The notes under the pieces: model-generated
Seen by the model: the letters and a program-made list of their open reading frames with translations, nothing else
What the model was told of the DNA's origin: nothing
Database searches by the model: none
Position numbers and translations under genes: made by a program
Assembly (NCBI GenBank): GCA_963422375.2
Contig: OY729427.2
Location: forward strand, 768,001-832,000
DNA length: 64,000 nucleotides
Direction: 5' to 3'
Source: Bryobacterales bacterium
Lineage (GTDB): Bacteria > Acidobacteriota > Terriglobia > Bryobacterales > UBA6623
Part shown: positions 38,882 through 49,822 of the stretch, one piece after another
How positions within the stretch are numbered: position 1 is the first letter of the stretch
How the letters are laid out: the number at the start of each line of letters is the position of its first letter

Positions 38882-40282
38882 ATGCCCGACCGGGCGGCCG
38901 CGAGCAGGGGGGCGCGCAGTTCGGTCAACCCGAGCGCGTCTCGGCAGGAGAGGGGCTTGGATGTTTCCGAATCCGCGTTGCCGGTTCCAAGCGACCTAGA
39001 AGAGCGCTTCGCGACCAGGACGGCGCGCTGCGGGGTCGTCGGTCTCGGGTACGCGGGACTGCCTCTCGCGATTGAGATTGCGCGCGCGGGCTTCGCTGTC
39101 ACCGGCCTCGATGCGGACCGGGCCAAGGTCGCCGCACTTGAGGCGGGCAGATCCCACGTCACTGACGTCGAAAGCGAGTGGATCCGCGAACTCGCTGACT
39201 CCGGGCAGCTCCGCCTGACCGCGGACTTCGCCGACTTGGAAGAGTGCAACGCCGTGTCCGTCTGCGTGCCGACGCCCCTGCGCAAGACACGCGACCCCGA
39301 CCTGACGCACGTGCTCCGAGCCACCCGCGATCTGTCGAGGCACATGGGCCGGGGGACCCTTGTGATCCTCGAATCGACCACCTATCCGGGCACGACGGAG
39401 GAAGCCGTGCTGCCGATTCTCGAGGAATCCGGCTTCACGGTCGGCAAGGACTTCTTCCTCTGCTACTCCCCGGAACGCGTGGACCCGGGCAATGCCGAAT
39501 TCGGAACCCGCAACATTCCGAAGGTGATCGGCGGCACCACGCAGTCCTGCCTCCGGATGGGACAGGCCTATTACGGTCGGGTCATGGACGAACTGGTGCC
39601 CGTGTCGTCGACGCTCGCGGCAGAGACCGCCAAGCTCCTGGAGAATACGTTTCGGATGGTGAACATCGGGCTGGCCAACGAGACGGCGATCCTGTGCGAC
39701 CGGCTGGGGATCGACGTGTGGGAGGTCATCGACGCGGCCGCGACCAAGCCGTTCGGATTCATGCCGTTCTATCCCGGGCCGGGCCTAGGCGGGCACTGCG
39801 TCCCGCTGGACCCGCACTTCCTTTCGTGGAAGTCCAGGCAGACCGGGTACGAGCCGCGACTGATCCAGCTCGCCTCGGAGATCAACGGGGCAATGCCCCG
39901 GCATGTCGTCGGAAAGATACAGTCGGCGCTGAACGACCGATCCAAGGCGGTCCGCGGCAGCCGCGTTCACCTGGTCGGCGTGGCGTACAAGGCGGACGTG
40001 GCGGACACGAGGGAGTCCCCGGCTAGGGACATCGCGGCGCTTCTCGCCGCTCTAGGAGCCGACGTGGCCTTCAGCGACCCCCACGTCAGCGCGCTGGTGG
40101 TCGGGCCGCTCTCCCTGTCGCGCAGCCCCCTGCTCGACACGGCCCGGGTATCCGACATCTCGGTCATCGTCACGAATCACGGCGGGGTCGACTATCGCGG
40201 CCTCGCCACCGTCGCGCCTCTCGTTCTCGACACGCGGAACGTCCTCAATGGCGTGACGGCTCCGAATCTATTGCGGCTGTGA
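38882..40282 (+). CDS. Nucleotide-sugar dehydrogenase (UDP-N-acetylhexosamine dehydrogenase, WecC/WbpA type)
   Basis: GLGYAGLP, CVPTP, ESTTYPGTT, PERVDPG, KLLENTFR, GGHCVP; true start may be TTG 38957. Confidence 0.92.
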   Translation: MPDRAAASRGARSSVNPSASRQERGLDVSESALPVPSDLEERFATRTARCGVVGLGYAGLPLAIEIARAGFAVTGLDADRAKVAALEAGRSHVTDVESEWIRELADSGQLRLTADFADLEECNAVSVCVPTPLRKTRDPDLTHVLRATRDLSRHMGRGTLVILESTTYPGTTEEAVLPILEESGFTVGKDFFLCYSPERVDPGNAEFGTRNIPKVIGGTTQSCLRMGQAYYGRVMDELVPVSSTLAAETAKLLENTFRMVNIGLANETAILCDRLGIDVWEVIDAAATKPFGFMPFYPGPGLGGHCVPLDPHFLSWKSRQTGYEPRLIQLASEINGAMPRHVVGKIQSALNDRSKAVRGSRVHLVGVAYKADVADTRESPARDIAALLAALGADVAFSDPHVSALVVGPLSLSRSPLLDTARVSDISVIVTNHGGVDYRGLATVAPLVLDTRNVLNGVTAPNLLRL

Positions 40283-40496
40283 CACCGATCTCCTGCGCGT
40301 TGGAGCCGCGGCACCGCCCCCGAGGGAGCCCCTCCTCCGCAACACCCGTGCGGGCCAGCGAACAGCCTCTCGCCGGCACGCCCGGGCTCGCCATGGCCGG
40401 CGACGGCAGTAACGTGACCGTGCGCCGCGGCTCAGGCACTCGAGACTGTCTGAACTCGCGCTCTGCAACACTGGCGGCAAAGGCGGAGGCACTCGA

Positions 40497-41911
40497 ATGA
40501 GTCCACTGAGCGATCCAGCCTTGACATCGATCGCGCGAGACCTTGCGTCCCAGCGCGTCGAACGAAAGCGGAACGCGTCCAACAGGAGCGCGATTCGGAG
40601 GAATATATGCGCCTTCGCGAACGACCTGCGCGCTTATAACGAACCCGGTGTGATCCTTATCGGCATTGAAGACGAGCTGCTTCGCGAACTCGCGCAGATG
40701 CGCCTTGACGGAAACATTCCCCCGCTACCCGCTATCTCCGTGGAAAAGCGGACGGTCGAAGGCTGCGAAATCGCTGTAGTCGTCGTCCAGCCCTCGAAGG
40801 ACACGCCGGTACGGTACCAAGGCCGGGTATGGGTGAGGGTGGGACCGACCGTCCAGTTGGCGATGCCCGAGGACGAGCGTCGGCTCGCGGAGAAGCGTCG
40901 AGAGTCGGACCTTCCATTCGACTTTCGGACGCTGGATCTGGAGATCGGGGTTCTGGGTTGCGAGTACATCCAGCGCAAGTATATACCGGCAGTGATCTCG
41001 CGCTAGATCCTCGATCAGAACGCACATTCGATAGAATATCAGTTCCAGTAATTGCGATTGTTAAGCAACAACGGAGTTACAAATAGTGCGCTCATTGCCT
41101 TCAAAAATAATCTGCAGATGTGGGTTCCTGGAGCATATATTCAGTTCTTGAGGATTGACGGAACGCAGCTCGAAGATCCGATCATAACGCAAAGCTTCCT
41201 GTCAGATAGACTGGAGATTATCTTGCGTGACCAAGACTTCATCCTAGCGAATAATATCGCTTGAGGACAGAAGTCACGTCAGAATTGACAGAGATTAAAA
41301 CTCCAGATTACCCACTTTCATCTCTGCGGCGACTTGCTCGTAATGCAGTCCTTCACCGATCATACTCCGGCTCAAACGCTCCAGTTCGGACCTATTGGTA
41401 TCAAGATTGCATCGAAATTCGAAATCCGGGCGGACTCTTCGGTTCGGTCACGAAGGACAACCTAAGTAATGCCCGTGACAAAACTCGTATCCCCTTGACA
41501 AAAAAGGCGTTAGATCCAATCTCTCAAGGCGAAGATTTCGCTGGAATGCTACGACTAATCCGAAATCCTGGCGATTCTGGGTAGAGCGCGGAAATCTTCG
41601 CGATTGGCGTCTGAGCAACTTCCGACCTTGGGCCCTATATGTTGTGTTTGGAGATCTATCCGAACTCAGGATGTAGTATGAAATGCTGGTCGGGCCAGAA
41701 TTCAGGGGGTTTGTCACAAGCACTAAGTACAGGCGAAACTTCCTACCGCAATCCTCCCATCGCAGAGATCATGCGTCACCTAGGTTTCGCCCAGCGGTTC
41801 GGTATTGGCATCCCCCTAGCAAGGCAAGCCCTCGAGAACAACGGAAACCCTCCCGTCGAATTCGACTGCGACCTGCATCATTTTTCGGCTATTGTGAGAC
41901 CCTTACTATGA
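40497..41911 (+). pseudogene. Schlafen/AlbA_2 + HATPase_c_4 ('RecG C-terminal-like') protein, disrupted
   Basis: VERK..ICAFAND..GVILIG, PGAYIQFLRIDG, PDYP..ARNAVLHR, IEIRNPGG, YRNP.IAE..LGFAQRFGIGI. In-frame stops at 41004 and 41049, frameshift near 41261, MITE at 41469-41722. Confidence 0.85.
41469..41722. mobile_element. Non-autonomous miniature inverted-repeat element (MITE), 254 bp
   Basis: Direct repeat CTAAGTA at 41462-41468 and 41723-41729; imperfect TIRs TGCCCGTGACAAA / TGCTTGTGACAAA; removal rejoins the host ORF in frame (KDNLS|TGETSYRNP). Confidence 0.85.
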
Positions 41912-42897
41912 AGACTGTTGCGTTCTTCAGCACGTATTCCGGAGTAGGACAGACTGCTCTAGTGTACCATTTGGCACACATGTACGCCGACCTTGGCCTG
42001 AATGCTCTGTCCGTGGACTTTGATCCCCAGTCCAGTCTCACGTACGCGTGCCTAGATGAGACTATGCTGAATACACTATGGTCGGACAAGAATAGCATTC
42101 CGTCCACTGCATATGGGACCATTCGCTCCATCCTTAAAGGCAGGAATGCGTCGAACTCGCAGCGCACGATAGAAGTGTCTCCGGGTTTCAATATCCTAGC
42201 CGGAGATCTATTGCTTGGCAAATCCGAGAACGACCTAATCGAGCTATTGGCACGCTGCTCCGACCGGACAGAGCAGAGAAATCGACTCAACGACGGCATC
42301 CGGCTAGCTATGGAGCGTGCCGGGCCAGTCTCGGAAGCCAAACTAGGCCTGTTTGACGTAGGTCCGAGCCTCGGAGAGCTGAACCGGGCCGTGCTGTCTG
42401 CCAGCGACGAAGTCGTAGTCTCTCTAGCTCCCGACTTCCGCTCACTTAGGGGACTACAAGCATTCAGACCGGCGCTGCAGGCGTGGAATCGCTCTTGGAC
42501 AGGCCGCCTTGTGGCCCGGGGGCCCAGTTATGACACTCTCAATCTCAAGGGATCCGGCGTGAATTGTGCCGGCTGCTTCGTCATCGAGCAGCCCGCGCGC
42601 CTGAACCGGCCGCAGAACCGTCAGGCTTGGAGGCAGCGCGTGATTGCGGAGTTCCGTCATGTGATGCAAGAGATGCCGATGCGCAAAGAGGTTTCGTCGG
42701 CCTGCGCCCCTCTCGTCACCGTGCCGCATCACGGCATGCTAGTAACTCTTGCTCAAGAGGCTCGCAGGCCTATATTCTTCCTGAAACCCGCGGATGGCAT
42801 GACCGCCGTCGACATGGTATCCGTCCAAGATTGCTATCGCGAATTCCGCGAGATTGCATTGACTCTCTCAAGAGCTTGGAGGATCGATCTGGATTGA
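41908..42897 (+). CDS. ParA/Soj-like ATPase with degenerate Walker A
   Basis: MKTVAFFSTYSGVGQTALVYHLA, VDFDPQ, FDVGPSLG.LNRA, LAQEARRPIF.LKPADG; ATGA overlap with the upstream gene. Confidence 0.85.
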   Translation: MKTVAFFSTYSGVGQTALVYHLAHMYADLGLNALSVDFDPQSSLTYACLDETMLNTLWSDKNSIPSTAYGTIRSILKGRNASNSQRTIEVSPGFNILAGDLLLGKSENDLIELLARCSDRTEQRNRLNDGIRLAMERAGPVSEAKLGLFDVGPSLGELNRAVLSASDEVVVSLAPDFRSLRGLQAFRPALQAWNRSWTGRLVARGPSYDTLNLKGSGVNCAGCFVIEQPARLNRPQNRQAWRQRVIAEFRHVMQEMPMRKEVSSACAPLVTVPHHGMLVTLAQEARRPIFFLKPADGMTAVDMVSVQDCYREFREIALTLSRAWRIDLD

Positions 42898-43278
42898 TAT
42901 AACCGACGAGACAGTTGCCTCTGCCTGCCTCTGTCGCGGGGGCACGCGCCTTCCAGCGAACCGGCCTCGGTCGCCATCCCCGCGGGCATGGAACGCCCGC
43001 CTGTGGGTTCGCCTTACATGCAGGCCTTACCAGCGACTGACCCAAGCCCAGTCACGCACGACTCCATGAACGAGCCAGAGGGGCGGCGAGCGCCCGCGCT
43101 GCCCTTCATTCGCGACCGCGCAGACGGGCAACATCAGGCAACATTGGACGCCATCGCGGTCGGCACCGGTCGACATCCGACGGCAGGCCGCCGTCCCCGT
43201 CCGGGGCGACCCAGCCCCTTGGCCCTTCGCCAGAGGCCCGTGAAGACGGCCCGTCGACTGATAGAATGAAAATTCGGG

Positions 43279-44346
43279 GTGTCGCAGGAACGCGTGGCGG
43301 CTCGCGTCGCGCGCTCCGTCAGTAGGCCTGCGTTCGGAATACCGGTGGGAGGCAAGCAGCTAGCCGCGCTTCTCTGGATCTTGCTGGCGCTCGGGCCGCC
43401 GGTCGGCCGGTCCCAAGATCCGGCTTGGGACGAGTCCATCGCCTCCGCAAGGCGAGCGGCTGCGTCCAAGCAGTTCGACCAGGCCGAACGCATCCTGCGG
43501 CAGGCGCGAAGCCTGTCGCGGACGTTCGCTACCGACGACCCCCGTCGCGTCGTGCCCCTGATGGAACTAGCCAGGCTGCACCTCGGTCGCGGCGACTACG
43601 CGCAGCCCGAGCAACTCTACCGGGAGGCCGACCCGATAGCGCGGCAGGCATGGGGAGCGGAGAGCCCGGAGTACGCCTCGCTCCTGAACGACATCGGACG
43701 CTACTACCATCTCCGGGTCCGGCACGCGGACGCCGAGCGGTTCTACAAGCTGGCATTCGGCATCCGCACCAGACTGCTCGGGAGGCAGCACCCGGACGTT
43801 GCCGCCAGTCTCTGCAACCTAGCCGTGCTCTACGAGAACCAAGTCCTCTACCCGAAGGCCGAGACCTACTACCGCACGGCCCTCGACATTCGCGAGAGAA
43901 GCGTCGGGCCGAACCATCCGGACACGGTCGTCACCCTAGAGCACTACGCGCGCCTGCTGCACAAGCTCTCGCGTTCTGACGAAGCTGCCCCGCTCGACCA
44001 GCGGGCTCGCACGTTCCGCCGGGCGAGATCCGAACAAGCGGAGACGTCGGATATCGGTCCCGTCAATGCCGGAGGAAGCGTGCGGTCGGCCGTCCTGCTC
44101 GAACGCACGGAGCCGGAATACACCGGCGAGGCGCGCATCGCGAACCACGAGGGCAGCGTGCTGCTGCAGGCCGACGTGAACGCCGAGGGGCGCGCGGCGA
44201 ACATCCTCGTCCTGCGCCATCTAGGCTTGGGCCTGGACGAGAAGGCTATCGAGGCCGTGGGTCAGTGGCGCTTCAGGCCGGCCCGCAGCCATGGACGCAG
44301 CGTCGCGTCCAGAGTCCGGCTGGAAATCGAATTCCGCCTGATGTAG
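43279..44346 (+). CDS. TPR-repeat protein fused to a C-terminal TonB domain
   Basis: Kinesin-light-chain-like TPRs (HPDVAASLCNLAVLY, HPDTVVTLEHYA); TonB_C PEYT.EAR..GSV..LGLGLDEKAIEAV.QWRFRPA; start uncertain. Confidence 0.85.
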   Translation: MSQERVAARVARSVSRPAFGIPVGGKQLAALLWILLALGPPVGRSQDPAWDESIASARRAAASKQFDQAERILRQARSLSRTFATDDPRRVVPLMELARLHLGRGDYAQPEQLYREADPIARQAWGAESPEYASLLNDIGRYYHLRVRHADAERFYKLAFGIRTRLLGRQHPDVAASLCNLAVLYENQVLYPKAETYYRTALDIRERSVGPNHPDTVVTLEHYARLLHKLSRSDEAAPLDQRARTFRRARSEQAETSDIGPVNAGGSVRSAVLLERTEPEYTGEARIANHEGSVLLQADVNAEGRAANILVLRHLGLGLDEKAIEAVGQWRFRPARSHGRSVASRVRLEIEFRLM

Positions 44347-44748
44347 CGGCATCCCCCAGCGCGCCCGGCGCAAGGGCGTCCGCGCACGAGCGGCGTCCAA
44401 GGCGGACCGTCGCGGCTGCCTCTCGCCAGTCCGGCACGGCGAACGCGCCTTAATGCCGGTCACGGTTCACGGCGGTTTCGACGAAGCCGCCGCAGCGAGC
44501 GGCCTCTGCACCGGCTGCGACCGGCGCGACTTACCGGAAGCGGGCGCTGCCGCCTCGCCATCTCAGGGATCGTCGATCACGCGAGCGCATGCCTCAGGGC
44601 GGTGCGTTCGGGCCGGCCGCAGGCTCCGCCAATCACGCTCGAACCGGCGGACTGCTCGTGAGAGCCGAGTCTCCGCGCGGACCCGCATCGGGAAGCTCTC
44701 GGCGCGCAGGGGAGGCACGCAGCACCCCGTCTGCCCCCCGAGCAGCCG

Positions 44749-44783
44749 AAAAAAGGAGGCCCTTCCCCGGGGAGGAAGGGCCC
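44749..44783 (-). terminator. Rho-independent terminator
   Basis: Stem GGCCCTTCC/GGAAGGGCC followed by TCCTTTTTT on the minus strand, about 50 nt after stop 44835. Confidence 0.75.
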
Positions 44784-44834
44784 GGCCCGGTCGCGTCGGC
44801 GCATCCATGCCGCCGACGCACTCGGGATTACGCA

Positions 44835-46565
44835 CTATTCGACGTCGTAGTCGAACTCGTCACCGAAGAAGGTCCATTCCTCGAGCCAGTTAACGCCGTT
44901 GCAGAACGCGCCGATGCACGCGGCGCTGGTATCGAGAGCGCCATCGGAAGGGGGAGCGGCGCCGGCACCGATCAGCAAGGCCGGCGATCCAGCCTTCGGG
45001 CGCGGGTCGGGATTGCCCTCGTAGCGAACATTGACCAAGTCCGGGGCCAGGTCTTGGAACCCGATGGACGCTTCGACGCCCCCCTTGAACTGCGCCAAGC
45101 CCTCGAGGCCGCCGTTGGCGTGGATGATCGAGTTCTTGATGCTGCTGCTGCCGTTGCTGAAGAAGTCGGGAGAGTTGTCCCGCACGTCCAAGGCCTCGCC
45201 GCCGAACCCGGTCATCAGCAGGTTCCTTGCCGTTACCTGCGTGCCGACGCGAAGCCTCATTCCGTCACCCGACGAGGGCGCATTCTCGTCCTGCACCAGC
45301 GCACCAACCATCGTGACGTTGTAGAGCTTCGGGTGTGACCGGGGCGTCCTGTCGAAGCCCGAACTGTCGTTGTCGGCCTCGATGCCGTTGTCACCGTCTG
45401 GATCCTGGTGGATGAAGACGTACTGCGCGGTGCCCTGCCAGCCGAACGCCCAGTCGAGCGAGTCGTCCTTGGAACCACTCGACACGCAGTAGGTGCAGTT
45501 GGCCGTCCCGCCGAAGAACTCGATGCCGTCGTCCTCGCCCTCGTGAGCCTGGATATGGTCGATCACCGTGCCCGAGCCGACGCCGTGGAAGCCGAAGGCG
45601 TTGGGCTGGGTCTCGGGGTTGAAATCGACGCCGGCGAACTCGACCCGCACGTACCGCAGCACGCCGCTCGAGTCGTCAGGATTGCTTCCGCCGTAGACCG
45701 GCCGCGTCTCGGGATTCACGCCCTCGGCTAGGCCCGTACCGCGGGTCATCGGGGCGTCGCCCAGAACGATCAGGCCGGCCCAGCAGCCCGAATGGCGCTG
45801 GCCCACCGGGGCGTCGCAGGTCATCACGACCGGAGCTTCGCGACGGCCTTCGGCGTGGATCTTACCACCCTTCTCCACCACGATGACCGCATTCTGGCCC
45901 CTGGCCAGGATCAAGGTGCCGGCCTCGATGGTCAGGGTCGCTCCGGCGTTGACGAAGACTTGATGCTGGATCTTGTAAATCGTGTCGTTCGTCCAGCTCG
46001 TGTCCTCGGCGATCTCGGTGTCCTTGCCGTCGGCGCCCAGCACCACGTCCGCCTTTTCCGTCACCACGAACTTCGCATGCACGCGCTTGACTATCTGAGT
46101 CTTGTCAGGGCTGCGAAGCTCCCCGACAACCTCCCACAGGCCGGGCGCCGGCACGTTGCCCGACCAGATCTTCCGCTTCTCCATCGCGGCGATGCTCAGC
46201 GGAATGGGCTGGGACTGGTCCAAGGGCAGCCCGAGGGCGTCCATTACGGTCGTCGAAAGGGCGTCCGAATCCTCCCTGATATCCAGGTACCAGCGCTGGC
46301 CGGTCTCGATGCTCTGCATGTAGACGAAGGCCGTGTAGAGCCCGGCGTCGCCCATGTCGTCGATCGACAGGTAGACCTGCATCTGCTCGCCCGTCTCGTA
46401 GCCGAGCTTGTCCGTCCAAAGCACGGTCTTGGCCGGCGTCGGAGCCATGACGCCGCTCTCGGCTGCCATCGGGGCGATCCCCGGCAGCATTAGCTGGCCA
46501 GCCGCCACGAACGGCCCCGCGCAGAGCGCCGCCAGAATCAGCAACGGGATTAGAATGTGTCTCAT
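44835..46565 (-). CDS. Secreted protein with right-handed beta-helix-like domain
   Basis: Signal peptide; ATLTIEAGT, WAGLIVLG, DDSSGVLRYVRVEFAG, DDGIEFFGG, DDSLDW, NGIEADN, NWLEEWT. Confidence 0.75.
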   Translation of the reverse strand: MRHILIPLLILAALCAGPFVAAGQLMLPGIAPMAAESGVMAPTPAKTVLWTDKLGYETGEQMQVYLSIDDMGDAGLYTAFVYMQSIETGQRWYLDIREDSDALSTTVMDALGLPLDQSQPIPLSIAAMEKRKIWSGNVPAPGLWEVVGELRSPDKTQIVKRVHAKFVVTEKADVVLGADGKDTEIAEDTSWTNDTIYKIQHQVFVNAGATLTIEAGTLILARGQNAVIVVEKGGKIHAEGRREAPVVMTCDAPVGQRHSGCWAGLIVLGDAPMTRGTGLAEGVNPETRPVYGGSNPDDSSGVLRYVRVEFAGVDFNPETQPNAFGFHGVGSGTVIDHIQAHEGEDDGIEFFGGTANCTYCVSSGSKDDSLDWAFGWQGTAQYVFIHQDPDGDNGIEADNDSSGFDRTPRSHPKLYNVTMVGALVQDENAPSSGDGMRLRVGTQVTARNLLMTGFGGEALDVRDNSPDFFSNGSSSIKNSIIHANGGLEGLAQFKGGVEASIGFQDLAPDLVNVRYEGNPDPRPKAGSPALLIGAGAAPPSDGALDTSAACIGAFCNGVNWLEEWTFFGDEFDYDVE

Positions 46566-46863
46566 TGGTCGAGTCCTCCTCACTGTCTTATGAATCGGCT
46601 GGCGGACCTGCGATCCGACCCGCCAAGCCTCCCTCTAGGAACTCTGGTGCGCTGCCCGCCGCCGACGCGACCGCGCATTGGCGCCAAGCGGCTCACCCTG
46701 CAAGGGCCCTCGGACGCGTGCCCGCACCCTGAACCTGATCTCAGCCTAGGCACGGAGTGTTACCCGCAAGCAACGGGTCGGTTAAGTCTCGGTGAAGATC
46801 GCCTCGGCAGGACAGGGCGCTCGGCTTCATGGAAGGGCCGCCGCGCCGTTCGACAATAGGGGC

Positions 46864-48141
<1,278 letters not shown>

Positions 48142-48208
48142 CTGCCCCCCGATCCGCTACGCTTGATGCGGCAGCGCCGGTCCGAGCTGCCCGAGCCGAC
48201 CAGTCACC

Positions 48209-49822
48209 ATGGAGACCACGCCATCCGGCTCCGCAGCTCCCGCTCGATGGGCGTGGCTCGTGCCGGTCGGCACGGTCTTCCTCTCGAGCCTCTGCATCAT
48301 GGTGCTCGAGCTTGTCGCGGGGCGGCTGATCGCCCGCCATGTCGGCAGCTCCCTCTACACCTGGACCTCGGTGATCGGCGTCGTCCTAGCCGGCATCGCC
48401 GCCGGAAACTACGTAGGCGGGCGCCTCGCCGACCGCTTCCCGCCAAAGGACACCCTGGCAGCGCTGTTCCTGGTCGCTTCAGCCATCTGCCTGCTCGTTC
48501 CCGTGCTCAACAATCGGGTCGGGGGCCTGGAGACCATGCGCACGCTGGACTGGCCGGTGCGCATCGCCCTGCACGTATTCCTGGTATTCTTCGCGCCGTC
48601 CTGCCTGCTGGGCATGATCAGCCCGGTCGCCGCCAAGATGGCCATCGAGCTCGGGCAGCAGCTGGGCCGCACCATCGGCAGCGTGTACTCGTGGGGCACA
48701 ATCGGCAGCATTATCGGGACGTTCCTGACCGGATACCTGCTGATCGCCAAGATGGGCACCACGGCCGTACTCCTGTCCGTTTCCGCGGTCCTGCTGCTGC
48801 TGGCGCTGGCTTTCGGCGGGTCAAGCGCGCTGCCGTACCTCTGGAGCGGCGTGCTGCTCGGCGTCCTAGTCGCCGCGTGGGGGCCGTTCGAGTGGGCCCG
48901 GACCATCGGGGAGCGCTTGGGATTCCGGGAGACCGGCTCCGATCTGGTGCTCTTGGAGGACGAGTCGCAGTACTCGTTCATCCGCGTCGAGGACGTGATC
49001 GAGACTCCGGGTCTGCGGTCGATGACGCTCGACTACCTCGTCCATGCCTACATCGACCTCAGCGACCCGGACAACCTGCACTACGACTACGAACGCATCT
49101 ACGCCGGAGTCACGGAAGAGACTGTCCGCGCCCATCACCCGGGCGGGGCCGTCCGGGCGCTGTTCCTAGGCGGTGGCGGGTACGTGTTCCCGCAGTGGCT
49201 CGTGCGCCGCTACCCGGCCAGCTTCGGCGAGGTCGTGGAGATCGACCCGCAGGTCACCCGCGCCGCTTTCGACGCCTTCGGCTTGGAGCCCGCCACGCCC
49301 CTGCACATCGTCCACCTGGACGCCCGCAACCGCGTCGACGAGCTGCTCGCGCTGGCGCAGCGCTCCGAGCTGCCCGCCAAGTTCGACTTGGTGTACAACG
49401 ACGCCTTCAACCACTACTCCCCGCCGTTCCATCTCACGACGGTGGAATACGTGCGCAAGCTCCGCGCCCTGATGAGCGACGACTCCGTGTTCCTCGCCAA
49501 CACGATCGACATCTTCCGCTCGGGCCGCTTCCTCGGCGCGATGATCAACACGGTGGAGGAGGTCTTTCCATACGTCTACACCTTCTGCACGTCCCCGGGC
49601 GGCCCCTCGGACGAGGACGACCGGGACACCTTCGTGGTCGCCGGCTCCACCCGGATGCTGCCGGTGCTCGGCCTCGACTACCTGAAGTACAGCGCGGCGC
49701 TGCTGTCGCCCCGGGACACGGCCCTGCTGCGCCGACGGTCCAAGGGCCTGGTCCTCACCGACGACTACGCGCCGGTGGACAATCTGCTCACGCCGGTCAT
49801 TCGCTTGGTGGAGCGGGAGTAG
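48209..49822 (+). CDS. Fused MFS-like membrane domain/spermidine-synthase-like methyltransferase
   Basis: ELVAGRLIA..GSSLYTWT, LFLGGGGY, VEIDP, LTDDYAPVD. Confidence 0.9.
   Translation: METTPSGSAAPARWAWLVPVGTVFLSSLCIMVLELVAGRLIARHVGSSLYTWTSVIGVVLAGIAAGNYVGGRLADRFPPKDTLAALFLVASAICLLVPVLNNRVGGLETMRTLDWPVRIALHVFLVFFAPSCLLGMISPVAAKMAIELGQQLGRTIGSVYSWGTIGSIIGTFLTGYLLIAKMGTTAVLLSVSAVLLLLALAFGGSSALPYLWSGVLLGVLVAAWGPFEWARTIGERLGFRETGSDLVLLEDESQYSFIRVEDVIETPGLRSMTLDYLVHAYIDLSDPDNLHYDYERIYAGVTEETVRAHHPGGAVRALFLGGGGYVFPQWLVRRYPASFGEVVEIDPQVTRAAFDAFGLEPATPLHIVHLDARNRVDELLALAQRSELPAKFDLVYNDAFNHYSPPFHLTTVEYVRKLRALMSDDSVFLANTIDIFRSGRFLGAMINTVEEVFPYVYTFCTSPGGPSDEDDRDTFVVAGSTRMLPVLGLDYLKYSAALLSPRDTALLRRRSKGLVLTDDYAPVDNLLTPVIRLVERE

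Noticed and set aside
41004..41051. Stop-codon readthrough or recoding in the AlbA_2 gene
   Set aside because: Two different stops plus a frameshift and a MITE point to pseudogenisation, and TAG and TAA end normal genes elsewhere in the window
41908..42897. Plasmid or prophage partition locus
   Set aside because: No parB, parS repeats, rep, integrase or phage genes nearby
46600..46860. Possible riboswitch upstream of glyA (CCCTGAACCTGATC resembles TPP; CGCCTCGGCA resembles the ZTP 3' end)
   Set aside because: The TPP CTGAGA element and the ZTP core are missing in the right orientation, and glyA has a -10 box 6 nt before its ATG. An Rfam/Infernal scan would settle it
49797..49822. Convergent 26-bp overlap of the MFS/spermidine synthase and glycosyltransferase genes as antisense regulation
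   Set aside because: Short 3' overlaps are common in compact GC-rich genomes, and there is no further evidence
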